DNA of 47,398 nucleotides, from the NCBI GenBank assembly GCA_029210225.1, contig JARGOJ010000001.1, positions 1-47,398 of the forward strand. The letters are read 5' to 3'. The notes under the pieces are model-generated. The model made no database searches. It saw only the letters and a list, made by a program, of their open reading frames with translations, and was not told where the DNA came from. Shown piece by piece: positions 9,317 through 19,800 of the stretch. The stretch comes from Planctomycetota bacterium. GTDB taxonomy: Bacteria; Planctomycetota; J058; JARGOJ01. The position numbers and the translations under genes are program-made. Position 1 is the stretch's first letter. Every line of letters starts with the position of its first letter.

Positions 9317-10423
9317 ATGAACCATGACCCCAACTACAACTGGTTTGATGATGCAAGCAAAGCATCCCTTCCAGAGGTTGTTGAAGCTTTGGGTCTTAAG
9401 CAAGGTCGACAAAGCTTCGGGCCATGTCCAAGCTGTGGAGCCGAAACTCGTGAGAAGGGACGAACTCGTCACCCAATTGGCATGACAACCGATCGACAGG
9501 GTTGGCATTGCTTCCCATGTGACCTCTCAGGAAACGTCATTAACCTTGTCTGTCTCTGCCTTCTTGGAAGCTCCAAAGCTCAAAAAGAACAATGGAATCA
9601 AGTTCGTCGTTGGTTCGCCGCTCAACAATGGTGTCGAGGCCTTCCCGGTGAAAACACACAAGCGACCCCCAGGGTTCTTAAAAGAAAGCGCCCTCCTAAG
9701 ACCACCCCCAAAGACTATTCAAAGGCCCTTAGCCATTTCAAAGGCGAGGTTCAAGAGTTCTGGCTTCATACACTAGAACCACTAAGTCGGCCTTCAAAAG
9801 CCTCTGAGCAAGCTCTAAAGTGGCTCAATCAACGTGGCTTTACCGATCAATACATTACAAATATCGCCGATCATGACCTCGCCCGAGTTTTGCCTCACCA
9901 AGTCTCTTGTCCAAAGTGGGCTCGCTTTGCGGGTCAGCCTTGGAATAAACAAAGCTATCACTTAGTCTTTCCAGCGTTTAACAGCCACGGTGAGATGGCC
10001 AGTCTTCGAGCGCGCAAAATATCAGAGAGCTCTGGTCCAAAGAGCATCGCTCCAGACGGAGCTGGGGCTTTTCCGACGGCGCGAAACTTTGTCCAAGCAA
10101 ATGATATTGGTCAATTGCTTTTAGAAACTGGTAAAAAACCAGAATGGTGGACAGGGAATCTCCCGATAAAAATTGTAGTCGTTGAAGGAGAGCCGGACTT
10201 TCTCTCTTGGGCTGGTCGAGTAAGCGATGCCGATGAGCACCCTCTGGCCGTTTTTGGAATATGGTCAGGCGCTTGGACAGACGAGATAGCAGCTCGGATA
10301 CCGGAAGGATCGAGGATCATTATTCGAACCGATCATGACAAAGCCGGCGATCGTTATGCCGAGAAGGTTCGAGCAACCCTATCAAAGCGTTGCATTGTTC
10401 TAAGGACCAAAAACAGGACTTAA
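9317..10423 (+). CDS. DNA primase, CHC2-like zinc finger + Toprim domain (phage/plasmid type)
   Basis: Zinc finger CPSCG..x24..GWHCFPCDLSGNVINLV. Toprim acidic motifs IVVVEGEPDFLSWA and IIIRTDHDKAGDRYAEK. Confidence 0.75.
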   Translation: MNHDPNYNWFDDASKASLPEVVEALGLKQGRQSFGPCPSCGAETREKGRTRHPIGMTTDRQGWHCFPCDLSGNVINLVCLCLLGSSKAQKEQWNQVRRWFAAQQWCRGLPGENTQATPRVLKRKRPPKTTPKDYSKALSHFKGEVQEFWLHTLEPLSRPSKASEQALKWLNQRGFTDQYITNIADHDLARVLPHQVSCPKWARFAGQPWNKQSYHLVFPAFNSHGEMASLRARKISESSGPKSIAPDGAGAFPTARNFVQANDIGQLLLETGKKPEWWTGNLPIKIVVVEGEPDFLSWAGRVSDADEHPLAVFGIWSGAWTDEIAARIPEGSRIIIRTDHDKAGDRYAEKVRATLSKRCIVLRTKNRT

Positions 10424-10426
10424 AAA

Positions 10427-11530
10427 ATGGGTAACACCCCTGATGACAATGATCTCTTAAGAAGTGGACAGCTCCCCATTGATCCAGAGGCTGACTCCGT
10501 TCCTATGGACGACCCCAATGTTCGAGAGGATCGCGAGCAATCCACGCTTCCAGAGACCGTCGGTCATCACCTCCCACAGTCGATCCAAAGGATGTTCCGA
10601 AGAGCAGCCTTTGAAGAGACCCCCATTTCACTTCCTTGGGACAACATTAACGAATCCCTAAGTGGAGGACTTTGGCCAGGTATGTATGTCCTTGTAGGAA
10701 ACACAGGGACTGGTAAAAGTCAGTGGGCTCTACAAACAGCGCTTTTTGCAGCTCAAAACGACACCCCCATTCTCTACATAGGGCTAGAGCTTGACGAACT
10801 CAGTATTGTCGCTCGATTGCTCGGCTTGCTATCCGAGCAAAGATGGTCTTATCTAGCCCATGGTTATGACCGATCAAACATAGAGAAAGTCGTTTCAAGA
10901 TTTGGTCCCGAGCTCGAAAAGTTGCCTATTCACACAGAATTTGCCCCGCCTTATGGTTGGAACTACAATAGACTCGAGCGTAAAGCCAAGCTCATGCGGG
11001 AGAAATACCCCCTCAAGAAGGATTCAGAAGGTCAAGTCATTCGAGGAAGTCGACCTTTCATGATTATCATTGATTACCTTCAAATCGTCGCGGCGCCCCC
11101 GAATGTCCGTGAAGACCTCCGCACCAGAGTTCAGAAAACGGCCTACGCGGCGCGAGCTATAGCCCGAGAGCTTGATGCCATTGTCCTTTTACTCTCAAGC
11201 ACCGCCCGAGAAAACTACTCAGTCTTAGGAGGCTCTGAAAGTAAGAAGGGACAAGCCCTAGGCGAAGGAAACCCAGCGCGTTTAGTAGGCTTAGGCAAAG
11301 AGTCGGGAGAAATTGAATACGGCGCGGATGGAGTCTTTGTCCTATCTCGCGAGCCATGGAAAGATAAAACACCACCTCAAGGAGGAACGGTTAATCATCT
11401 TGCCATTGCAAAAAACCGATCGGGTCCTCCCTCCTGGTGCCGTCTCCGCTTTAACTTTGACCGCTTTGAAGAGGAAAGTACACAGGACTTCAATATAAAA
11501 GAGAAGCGTGACGAGGAGCTGTCCATTTGA
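10427..11530 (+). CDS. DnaB C-terminal-domain / RepA-like RecA-fold ATPase (replicative helicase-like)
   Basis: Walker A VGNTGTGKSQW and Walker B MIIIDYLQIV (the DnaB-like DYLQ motif). The C-terminal motif is HLAIAKNRSGP. Confidence 0.75.
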   Translation: MGNTPDDNDLLRSGQLPIDPEADSVPMDDPNVREDREQSTLPETVGHHLPQSIQRMFRRAAFEETPISLPWDNINESLSGGLWPGMYVLVGNTGTGKSQWALQTALFAAQNDTPILYIGLELDELSIVARLLGLLSEQRWSYLAHGYDRSNIEKVVSRFGPELEKLPIHTEFAPPYGWNYNRLERKAKLMREKYPLKKDSEGQVIRGSRPFMIIIDYLQIVAAPPNVREDLRTRVQKTAYAARAIARELDAIVLLLSSTARENYSVLGGSESKKGQALGEGNPARLVGLGKESGEIEYGADGVFVLSREPWKDKTPPQGGTVNHLAIAKNRSGPPSWCRLRFNFDRFEEESTQDFNIKEKRDEELSI

Positions 11531-13434
11531 AGAATAATATTGAGAGGAAAGACAACTCATTTATATACCCAGACATTCGTCAGCAAGTAAAATTAAGGCT
11601 TTCCGAACTCATTCAGTATTTCGAAGAGACCCTCTCTCAATTAATGGACATTTCAATTGTCGAAGACGTTCAATTTCATAGAGACAAAAAGCCTATTCCA
11701 GGAATTAAAATAAACTATAAAGATTCTGAGCGTAAAACAGGGGCTAAACAGGCTATTTTACTTGTCAAAGAGTCAGAGTGGCCTAGAGATTTAATGCTCC
11801 CATTGACTATTGATGAGGCTATTAAAACTGTAAAAGACGGCCAAAAATTACTCATCGACAGTGTTTGTGAAGAAATAAGCTATACCGCAGCCGCTTGCAT
11901 GGATCCTAAGACAAGGAAACAAGCCCTCTGCAGACCATTCGTTAGTCGCGAGTGGCCTTGGTCAGATAAACATTCTCCAGGAAAGGCCATCCGAGCCCTC
12001 CTCTCCATACTCGAGACTCCTCCCCCCAAAGAATTCCCCCACTGGTCCGAGTCTCCTCACTCCCAGTGGAACCCTAGAGCAGCGTTCTTGGACGTGGCTC
12101 ATTGGGCCAAGCCAGGGCTTAATAAAATTAAAAAAGGTCTGGGAAATGACTTCTTAAAACGCGTTGAGAATCGCCAGTCTTTTGACTTTCTTGAAATGAC
12201 CTCTGACAAGCAAGTCCTTGATAGATTAAATCCTCCCGGACTGGCTTTACTCTTCTTGGCCGAGGAGGAAGTGAAAGAAGGGCTTAAGAGAAGCGCGATT
12301 GCGGTTGACGCCGGGCGACCTCATCACGATCTATTTACCGGTTGGCGAACAGCGAGCGGTAAGCACAGACGCACTGGATCTATCAAGGCTCGATATACAG
12401 CGAGCGAAGAGAGGGTCGAGCTTTTTGATAGGACAAAGAATAAGTGCGTTCAGTTGACCGTTGACGCTGAAGACGGAAGCCTTCAAGAAGAGATCATCAA
12501 GGCCCTGCGAGATACAATCAGCCCGGAAGGTTTTAAGCATTGGGCTGCGCTGCTTCTTCTTATGTCTAAACAAGGCGCCAGGCAAGGCTGGGTGCGCTGG
12601 ACGATGGAAGATCATCTAAATGCCCTCGGATATAGTGAGCGAGTTCGCTACAACCAGCAACGGCTTGATGAAATCGCCAAGGTCATCGAACTCTTCACGA
12701 AGCTTGAATTGATCGTCTACAACCCCACAGGGACCATTCGTGCAGAGAGCCCTCTGGTTCATGTTGGAACTCGGTATAAGCGGCTAGAGAAGAGCCGTTG
12801 GCAGCTTGATGGTCTTGAGCTGCGAATCAATCCTCTGCTTTACAGCGGAGTCCGAAACATGGAAACCGGAAAGCCCGGAAATCAGTGGTTTCCGGTCCCC
12901 GAAGAGCTGGCCCAGATCGATCATATTCGGCACCCCAACGCGATCCCTTTAGCGCTTCTTATGGCGATTCGCTGGCATTGGGATCTCTTTCAGGGAGACC
13001 AACAGAAGAAATATTACCTCGCTTTAAAGGGAAAGAATCTCCTCGAGCTTGCCGATATGGAAGTCGGGAATACCAATAAGAAGAGAACCTGGATTCAACT
13101 TGAGCGAGAGCTTGACGAACTCAAGAATATAGGGCTTCTCGGACGTTGGGAGTGGCACGGTCAAGCCCGGAGCCAAGAAGGCGTTTGCCGCTTTTATCCC
13201 GCAGAATGGCTTCTTGATAGAACCATACGGAAGTTGCGTCCAACGGAGGCCATTCCTATCGATATTCCTAAGACGGGGAAAGAGCTTCGATCTTGGCGTG
13301 AAGAAAAAGGATGGACTCAGGCAAATCTCGCGAAGCACATCGGTGTCTCCCGAAAGACCATCATTCGAGCAGAGAGTCAGAGTGACAAGAAAATCACCTC
13401 AAACCTGTCCAAAGCTCTCAAAAACTCCGCCTAA
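11527..13434 (+). CDS. Putative replication initiator / DNA-binding protein with a C-terminal XRE-type HTH, 635 aa
   Basis: TTG start overlaps the upstream stop (TTGA). C-terminal HTH LRSWREEKGWTQANLAKHIGVSRKTIIRAE. The gene sits directly upstream of the iterons. The Rep role is inferred from position only. Confidence 0.5.
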   Translation: MKNNIERKDNSFIYPDIRQQVKLRLSELIQYFEETLSQLMDISIVEDVQFHRDKKPIPGIKINYKDSERKTGAKQAILLVKESEWPRDLMLPLTIDEAIKTVKDGQKLLIDSVCEEISYTAAACMDPKTRKQALCRPFVSREWPWSDKHSPGKAIRALLSILETPPPKEFPHWSESPHSQWNPRAAFLDVAHWAKPGLNKIKKGLGNDFLKRVENRQSFDFLEMTSDKQVLDRLNPPGLALLFLAEEEVKEGLKRSAIAVDAGRPHHDLFTGWRTASGKHRRTGSIKARYTASEERVELFDRTKNKCVQLTVDAEDGSLQEEIIKALRDTISPEGFKHWAALLLLMSKQGARQGWVRWTMEDHLNALGYSERVRYNQQRLDEIAKVIELFTKLELIVYNPTGTIRAESPLVHVGTRYKRLEKSRWQLDGLELRINPLLYSGVRNMETGKPGNQWFPVPEELAQIDHIRHPNAIPLALLMAIRWHWDLFQGDQQKKYYLALKGKNLLELADMEVGNTNKKRTWIQLERELDELKNIGLLGRWEWHGQARSQEGVCRFYPAEWLLDRTIRKLRPTEAIPIDIPKTGKELRSWREEKGWTQANLAKHIGVSRKTIIRAESQSDKKITSNLSKALKNSA

Positions 13435-13494
13435 TCAAAACAAATAAAACACACATTCGTGCATGAATTTTTATGGGACATTGCCCTAGAGAAA

Positions 13495-13663
13495 AAGGGA
13501 CAAAAACCTGCAGACCCTGTTAATTATCGCTTTGTTAGAAAGGGACAGAAACCTGCAGACCCTGTTCAGAAAAAGGGACGGAAACCTGCAGACCCTGTTC
13601 GAAAAAGAGACGGAAACCTGCAGACCCTGTTCGAAAAAGGGACAGAAACCTGCAGACCCTGTT
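13495..13663. repeat. Five direct 27-nt iterons (AAGGGACRRAAACCTGCAGACCCTGTT)
   Basis: Copies at 13495, 13540, 13573, 13605 and 13637, spaced 45/33/32/32 bp (about three helical turns for the last three spacings). Confidence 0.85.
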
Positions 13664-13724
13664 CAAAATCGCCCTTCTAGCCCTTGTACCATGCGGGTTT
13701 GCCATCCTCCTTCTAGGTATTCCT

Positions 13725-13740
13725 TCTAGGAATTCCTAGA
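13725..13740. repeat. Perfect 16-bp palindrome TCTAGGAATTCCTAGA between the two iteron clusters
   Basis: Self-complementary by inspection. TTCTAGG also occurs at 13711-13717. An AT-rich stretch follows at about 13783-13818. Confidence 0.6.
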
Positions 13741-13946
13741 TGACCTTCACCGATACTTTCAGGTATCGCCTCGGTCATTCTGAAAGAAATAATTCCCAAA
13801 TAAAACTAAAACTCATCTCGCGAGTTCGTCGGGAAAGTGATGAGTTTTTACAGATTTTGTGGTGATGAAAATCTCTGACGCAAATCGCGCACTGCGTTAG
13901 GGAGTTTTGTCAGGGGAAATCGATGAATGGGACACTTGGAGTGTCG

Positions 13947-14049
13947 AAGGGACGAAAATCTGCACACCCTGTTTTTATCGTTTTGACCTTGGAAAAACAT
14001 GGAAAGGGACAGTCTGTATTCGAAGGGACGAAAACCTGCACACCCTGTG
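13947..14049. repeat. Two variant iterons (AAGGGACGAAAAYCTGCACACCCTGTK) plus a degenerate half copy
   Basis: Copies at 13947-13973 and 14023-14049, with a partial AAGGGACAGTCTGTATT at 14004. They are in the same orientation as the first cluster. Confidence 0.7.
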
Positions 14050-14060
14050 CAAATAAGGGC

Positions 14061-14098
14061 CGAGCCCGTTTGCAGCGGGGAGTCTGCAGACGGGCTCG
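14061..14098 (-). terminator. Hairpin downstream of the 14145-14804 (-) gene
   Basis: 9-bp stem cgagcccgt / acgggctcg enclosing a second small inverted repeat (ctgcag..ctgcag). The T-run is weak. Confidence 0.35.
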
Positions 14099-14144
14099 AT
14101 TCGAGAGAGGAAACAGAGAGTTTAGGGAGAGAAGAGTTTGAGTT

Positions 14145-14804
14145 TTACTTGAAGATTCGCTTGAACTGCTTGCCAATCCTGCCGCCGAGGCGACTTGCTT
14201 CTTTTGAGACGCGACCTCCGCTTCGACGAGCTTCACGGTTGATCTGGCGTCCTGTTCGCCTTGTCTGGCCAGACAAGCTTGAAGCACCTCGGCGAGTTTG
14301 ACGGTTGATCTGGCGTCCTGTTCTTTTCACTTGCCGTGAAAGCGTCGCGCCATTTCGGTTGCCCTGGGCAGCAATGCGTCGTCCGTCAACTCGAACAGTC
14401 GTTCGCCCTCGGATATGACAACGGCAGTCTGAGATAAAAACTCGGACTCTTTGGTGAGCCGTCTTGTAGTAACCGGGGATGGTTCGAGTTTTCCAAACGG
14501 TTCTATAACAACCAGGCTCCTGGCGAAGAATGCGAACGCAGCGGGTCACTGGAGGACGCCAAACAGCTCGGCCATAAGAGTCGCGGACCCAACAGCCGGC
14601 TTGGATCACTTGTGTCTGATTTTCGTAGTAGGAGCGGCCAGGGACCCATTCACGGGCCTGATATCGGACGGACTGAGGAGCAACCCATTGTTTGACTGCT
14701 TGGGTCCGGTATTCGTAGTGACCGGCGTTGCATGCATCCGCTTCTTCTGGAGAAGCAAAGAAAGCAGCTGTGGCCATAGTCGCAAGCACTAATAATTTCT
14801 TCAT
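14145..14804 (-). CDS. Secreted Cys/Arg-rich protein with a tandemly repeated basic C-terminus, 219 aa
   Basis: ATG at 14802-14804 with an AGGAGG RBS. Signal peptide MKKLLVLATMATAAFFASPEEADA. 22-aa repeats (..RRTGRQINR..) are encoded by an identical 23-nt repeat at 14235-14257 and 14301-14323. Confidence 0.65.
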   Translation of the reverse strand: MKKLLVLATMATAAFFASPEEADACNAGHYEYRTQAVKQWVAPQSVRYQAREWVPGRSYYENQTQVIQAGCWVRDSYGRAVWRPPVTRCVRILRQEPGCYRTVWKTRTIPGYYKTAHQRVRVFISDCRCHIRGRTTVRVDGRRIAAQGNRNGATLSRQVKRTGRQINRQTRRGASSLSGQTRRTGRQINREARRSGGRVSKEASRLGGRIGKQFKRIFK

Positions 14805-15027
14805 GGGAAAGCCTCCTGCTGGGTGTTTTAACTTTTCTGGTCCGGTTGTTTTGTTGCCGAAATGCATAAACACACGCCGTGCCAAAGCCTATATTTTTTC
14901 ATAAGTCCTTTGTTTTCAATGAAATTGGATTTTACAAGACGCGTTCTGTGGGCTTGAACCAACACGAAACTCTTTGACCTGTCGCTTGAGACAAACAGTT
15001 TTTCTGAAAACTTCTCCCTTGCGCTAC

Positions 15028-15060
15028 CTACTCGTTAGTAGATAAACTACTCATGAGTAG
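15028..15060. promoter_or_regulatory. Two palindromic operator-like sites upstream of the TetR gene
   Basis: CTACTCGTTAGTAG (15028-15041, 5-bp arms) and the perfect 14-bp palindrome CTACTCATGAGTAG (15047-15060), 19 nt before the tetR-family ATG. Confidence 0.6.
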
Positions 15061-15078
15061 ACAAAGGAGTAGAGAGCT

Positions 15079-15672
15079 ATGAATTTATTGGAGAAGCGCA
15101 AGGTCTCAAGTACGAAGGACCGTCTCTTAGAGGCGGCTGAGATCGAGTTTGCATTGGGAGGCTTTGACGGCGCCAAGCTCGCCGACATTGCCAAGAGAGT
15201 CGGAATCAGGCGTCCCTCTCTTCTCTATCACTTCCCCTCTAAAACCGAGCTTTACAAGGCAACCGTCGAGCGAGCCTTTGAACAACTCGGTCAGACTCTC
15301 GGCTTCGGTATGAGCAGCTCCGGGACCTTTCGTGATCGCCTTCAAGCAGTCACCGAGCGCTTCAGCGCTTTCCTCGAAAAGCGCCCTTTCCTAGCCCGCC
15401 TTGTTATTCGGGAGTTCCTCTCAGGAGACGGTCCTGGACGCGCCATTCTCCTCTCCAAAGTCGCTCCTCTCCTCGACTTTGTGGAGACATTTATCGAGGG
15501 AGAAGGTCGAGAGCTTGTACGAGGCTCTCTACCGATTCGAGCGGCGATTATGAGCTCTGTGTCGAATATTCTTCTAAAAAACGCTTCAGGAGGCCTCCAG
15601 GAGGCTCTATGGGGCTCTGGTGATCACAGTTGGACTTTGACCCGTTTTGTTTTCTTTGAGAAGGAAGTTTGA
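15079..15672 (+). CDS. TetR/AcrR-family transcriptional regulator
   Basis: N-terminal HTH RLLEAAEIEFALGGFDGAKLADIAKRVGIRRPSLLYHFPSKTELY. Confidence 0.9.
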   Translation: MNLLEKRKVSSTKDRLLEAAEIEFALGGFDGAKLADIAKRVGIRRPSLLYHFPSKTELYKATVERAFEQLGQTLGFGMSSSGTFRDRLQAVTERFSAFLEKRPFLARLVIREFLSGDGPGRAILLSKVAPLLDFVETFIEGEGRELVRGSLPIRAAIMSSVSNILLKNASGGLQEALWGSGDHSWTLTRFVFFEKEV

Positions 15673-15674
15673 GT

Positions 15675-16757
15675 ATGAAAGCGATCCCCTATGCCCTGGC
15701 ATACTTTTATCCCCTTTGCACGGTTCTCGGTTTTATAGCGGGAGACATATGGACCTTCTCGGGAGTTTTCTTCTTGTTTGTCATGACGCCAATCATGGAC
15801 GAGCTCTCTGGGTCGAAAGAAGCAAACCCAAGTGGAGAAGCTGAGGAAAAGAACAAGAAGAACCTGGCCTTTGATTTCTGGCTCTGGTTTTGGGTTCCGG
15901 TTCAATTAGCGATTATGATTTTCGGCGGCTATAAAGTGGGCTTTGAAGCTCTCACAACCGTCGAGTTCTTTGGAGTTGCTTTATCAACGGGGATTGTGAC
16001 CGGAGGCATAGGAATTACCATTGCCCACGAGCTTATGCATCGCCAGGGGTCATTTGAAAGAGCGCTCGCTGAGATTCTAATGACCCTCGTTTCTTATTCT
16101 CACTTTTGCGTCGAGCATGTTTACGGTCACCACAGAAATGTCGCGACCCCAGAAGACCCAGCAACTTCAAGGTTTGGAGAGAGTGTCTATCAATTTTTGC
16201 CAAGAACTCTCCTGGGAACTCTGAAGAGCGCTTGGGTTCTCGAGAGAGCGCGTTGCGAACGATCGAACATTCATGCTTTAAGCCTTAGAAATAGACGCTT
16301 TCGCTATCTAGTCACCGTGGGAACGATCTATGGCCTATTGGCGCTTTTAACGACGCCTCTTGTGCTTGCTTACTTCGCGATTCAAAGCACTGTGGCGGTG
16401 CTTCTCCTAGAAGTGATTAATTATGTCGAGCATTATGGTCTCCAAAGAAAGAAGCTTGAATCAGGGCGTTATGAGCGGGTTCTTCCAAAGCACTCTTGGA
16501 ACTCAACTCACCGTTTAACGAGCTTTTATCTTTTTAATCTTCCCCGCCACGCCGATCACCACTATCTGGCCAGTCGCCCTTACTACAACTTACGCCACAT
16601 GGAAGGCAGCCCTCAGCTTCCGGCCGGCTATGCGACAATGCTTCTCTTGGCTCTTTTCCCCCCTGTTTGGAAGAAAGTTATGGACCCGAGAGTGAAAGCT
16701 TGGAACGCCATAGAGTCGACCATCGAAGCTCCGAAAGACCTTGTTGCGACTTCCTAA
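15675..16757 (+). CDS. alkB: Alkane 1-monooxygenase (AlkB-type membrane di-iron hydroxylase)
   Basis: All four AlkB histidine motifs are present: HELMHR, EHVYGHHRNV, NYVEHYGL and LPRHADHHY. The N-terminus is multi-TM. The ATG lies 2 nt after the TetR stop. Confidence 0.85.
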   Translation: MKAIPYALAYFYPLCTVLGFIAGDIWTFSGVFFLFVMTPIMDELSGSKEANPSGEAEEKNKKNLAFDFWLWFWVPVQLAIMIFGGYKVGFEALTTVEFFGVALSTGIVTGGIGITIAHELMHRQGSFERALAEILMTLVSYSHFCVEHVYGHHRNVATPEDPATSRFGESVYQFLPRTLLGTLKSAWVLERARCERSNIHALSLRNRRFRYLVTVGTIYGLLALLTTPLVLAYFAIQSTVAVLLLEVINYVEHYGLQRKKLESGRYERVLPKHSWNSTHRLTSFYLFNLPRHADHHYLASRPYYNLRHMEGSPQLPAGYATMLLLALFPPVWKKVMDPRVKAWNAIESTIEAPKDLVATS

Positions 16758-16897
16758 ACCTCAAAAAATATAAGACCTCGAAGAGTTCCAATTTCTTGTA
16801 AAACAAGGCGACCTTCGTCTTTGTTCATCGCGCTAAAAAAGCTATGAATGAGGACCAAGGTCGTCTTGTCATTTGGGTTTAGCAAAAGGTTTTGTCA

Positions 16898-19800
16898 ATG
16901 GGATCAACAGTTTTAGATTTATGGGCGGGGCGAGCTGAACTCACTCTAAACTTGGAAAAGGAGTCGAAGCTCTGGGTTCTGGTTAGAGATCCTATTCGTA
17001 AAAGTGAAATTTTAAACGCAATTCAAAGCCAGAAAACCCTCCTTTGCCAGTTCAAGGTTCTACTCTATGAAGACCTGGTCGGAAAACTCGCAAGTCTTAA
17101 TAAACCAGCGTTGACGGTGCTTTCTGAGAAGAGCGCCCTGGCTTTGTTAAAGAGCATTTATGAATCCCATGAAGATCAATTTCGGGAACTCAATAAATAC
17201 CGAAGCCAAATGAAAGAACGACAAGCAGGGAGCTTCTACCGGGAAATATACAAATCTCTCAAAGAGGCTTGTTCTTTTACTTTGAAAGGAGAAGAGAGCT
17301 TTGATGGGGAGCTTGGAAGAGAGGAACTTAAACTTCTTTTAGAACACTATAAAAACGACCAATTAAAACAGTCTTTTGTCGACCCCTTTGTTTGGCTTGA
17401 TATCCTCTCTGAATCCTTTCCAAGTGAACTTAAAAAGGAGCTTCCAGACTTCTTCATTGTTGATCAACTTGAGAATATTAAGCCCATTGAAGAACGCTTT
17501 TTGGGATCTCTCGCAGAACAGATAAAGAATTTCTTTGTTGTTGCGCCGACTGATTTGCTGTCCCTAGCCCATAAAGATAAGGGCTCTATGCCTTTTCTAG
17601 ATTACGTAAGAGGATCGGGTCGCTTACTTGAGAGTCATAAATCAGAGATTGAATTAGTAACCTTAGCGCAAAAAAAACAAAGCAATATTGTTAAAGCTCT
17701 ATTCAATGAGGGTTTAGGTAAGCAGACGATCACTGCTGACCATTTAGAAATATGGTCTTGTCACGACTATCGAGAGGAACTAAGCACTCTCATATCTCGA
17801 ATTCAGGATAAGAAGAACAAGGGCCTTTGGGAATATGAGGATGTTCATGTCGCTGTTCCCGATATAAGCCTTTACAGCGGCTTAATCGCCGAGTTGTTCC
17901 AGGATGCAGAGCTCCCCTATTTCCTGTCCCAGAAAGCGCCGCTGAATTCATATCCATCAATTGCTCGCCTGGGAAGTCTATTTTCTTGGCTTGAAACGGG
18001 CTATAGCGAAGCCATGCTGGCTTGTCACTCGTCCCTATCTAAAGGAACTAAGGGTGCGAAGATCGTTGAGAAGGACCTGGCGCATTTCCGGGCCCGATAT
18101 AAAAACTATGACAAGCTCTTTAGCGATCTGGAAGCCAAAGGCGACTTTATAAGCTTTGGAGAAAAGGTGAACCACGAGCTTGATGCGCCGAGGCTTCATT
18201 CGGCCATGCGGAAAGCTCAGGCAAGGGGTGGGATCGACTTCGAGGAAGACTGGTTAAACCCTTTATTTATAAGCTCTAGATACTGGATGGGCAGTAAGTT
18301 CGAGAGTCTCTATTGGGTCAGTAATGTTCTTCTCGACCTCGTCGCTCTTGAAAAATCGTGGAGAGACTTTGAGGCCTTAAGGTATGAAAGCCTGACTATT
18401 GGGGAGGGAGTTCAGTTTTTGAAGGAGCTGTTTCCAAAGGACATTCTTGAGAAGGAAAAAGAGACCCTCGCCGAAGATAACAAGGACGTCTTTGAAACTC
18501 TCTTTGGGGAGAACAAAGAAGCCTTCGAAGAGCTGTTTAACCTTTTGGATGACTTGGTTGAAGAGGAAAACTTAGGAGCGCAAAACGCCTGGACCGATGA
18601 CTCCGTCAAGATTGGTTTAAGCGGTCTAAAAGACCTTATTTTCGAGTCTATGGGCCGGGGTCCTCGACCCAATCAAGATCTTCCTAATAACGCTGTTTAT
18701 ATAACGACTTTGCGGGAAGCACGATCTTTTGGTCTCGATCGCAAGGTCCTATTTTGCTTAGGTCTGACGACGAGTATTGTTCACAACATGGGGGATCTCG
18801 ATTATCCTCAGAGAAAGCTCCTCGATGACCATCCTCGCTCTCCAGAATACGATCCAAACGCCTCCATACGCTGGACTTTAGGGCGATTCCTCCAAGAAGA
18901 AGATTGCTTGGTCTTAAGCAGTCCTCGTGTGAAGGAGAATACTGAGGCTCTCCCTACAACTATTCTTGCTGATTTAAAGCGCTGGATTGATAAAGGATAC
19001 TTGGTTTTAAGGGATCCAGAAGAGCTTAAGTTTCAATCAAATAGAGATAAACTTATCGATGATCCGCGCTTTATCCCTTCCCCCTTAAAAGGTCATGTTG
19101 AAGACTCCATAAAGGTTATTGAGGCTCGATCAAATCCAATAATGACACCTTTTGACGGCTATCTGGGGTCGATTTACGACATCATTGAGAAGGCAAAGCC
19201 TGAAGAGGCCAATGAGTATTCCCCGACTATGTTGGAGATACTCGCCGATTGTCCTCATCGCCACTTCTTCGCCAATATGATTTACCTCCAAGAGTTCCCA
19301 GAGGTGAAAGAAGAGCTTCCGAGGCACGAGGTTGGAACGGCGGTTCATGCTTGTTTGGAAGACTTTTGGGAGCTTGAAGATGCTTGGCAGGGAGAGCCGA
19401 TTGACGGGGACAACTTTGACCAGGCTTGCGAGGTTATGAATCGGATTGCTCTGAGGGTTCTTGAGAAATCAGGGATCGATTGGAATCGCGGTCCATTAAG
19501 ACGTTTTGATCGGCACAGTATCCTTTTGGGGCTTGATAAAGAAGGAGATAGCGGACCTCGGGGGATGTTAAAGGCGGCGCTTGCTTATCACAGAGATTTA
19601 CCTTTTCTCGCCGGTCCACCGTTTAAGACTGAAATGAAGTTTGGAATGGAGAAAGAGGCTCCTGTTCCTATTACTGAAAAGGTCTCGGCCCGAGGAATTA
19701 TCGATCGTTTAGACCTGACCTACGATGAAAACGATCAAGTTCATTATCTAATTTTGGACTATAAAACAGGGCGCGGAAAGACCATTCGTGATGTCGAGAA

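Larger units (their letters stand above)
9317..14049 (+). mobile_element. Plasmid/phage-type replication module: primase, helicase-like ATPase, HTH Rep-like protein and an iteron origin
   Basis: Three co-directional, nearly abutting genes (3-nt gap, then a 4-nt TTGA overlap), immediately followed by direct-repeat arrays. Confidence 0.6.

Noticed and set aside
9071-9508. A 145-aa minus-strand ORF spanning the small exported-protein gene, its terminator and the primase start.
   Set aside because: It crosses a terminator hairpin and overlaps two better-supported plus-strand genes.
13495-13663. The direct-repeat array could be a small CRISPR array.
   Set aside because: The sequence between the 27-nt repeats is only 5-18 nt, far shorter than spacers. 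No cas genes are present. The position next to rep-type genes and the 32-33-bp phasing fit iterons instead.
13459-13729. ORFs 13459-13680 and 13532-13729 (+), with repetitive KGQKPADPV / RDGNLQTLF peptides.
   Set aside because: They are translation artefacts of the iteron repeats read in two frames, and they have no RBS.
13923-14301. ORFs 13923-14141 and 13999-14301 (+).
   Set aside because: They overlap the variant iterons and the 3' end of the better-supported minus-strand gene (which has a signal peptide and a strong RBS), and they have no motifs of their own.
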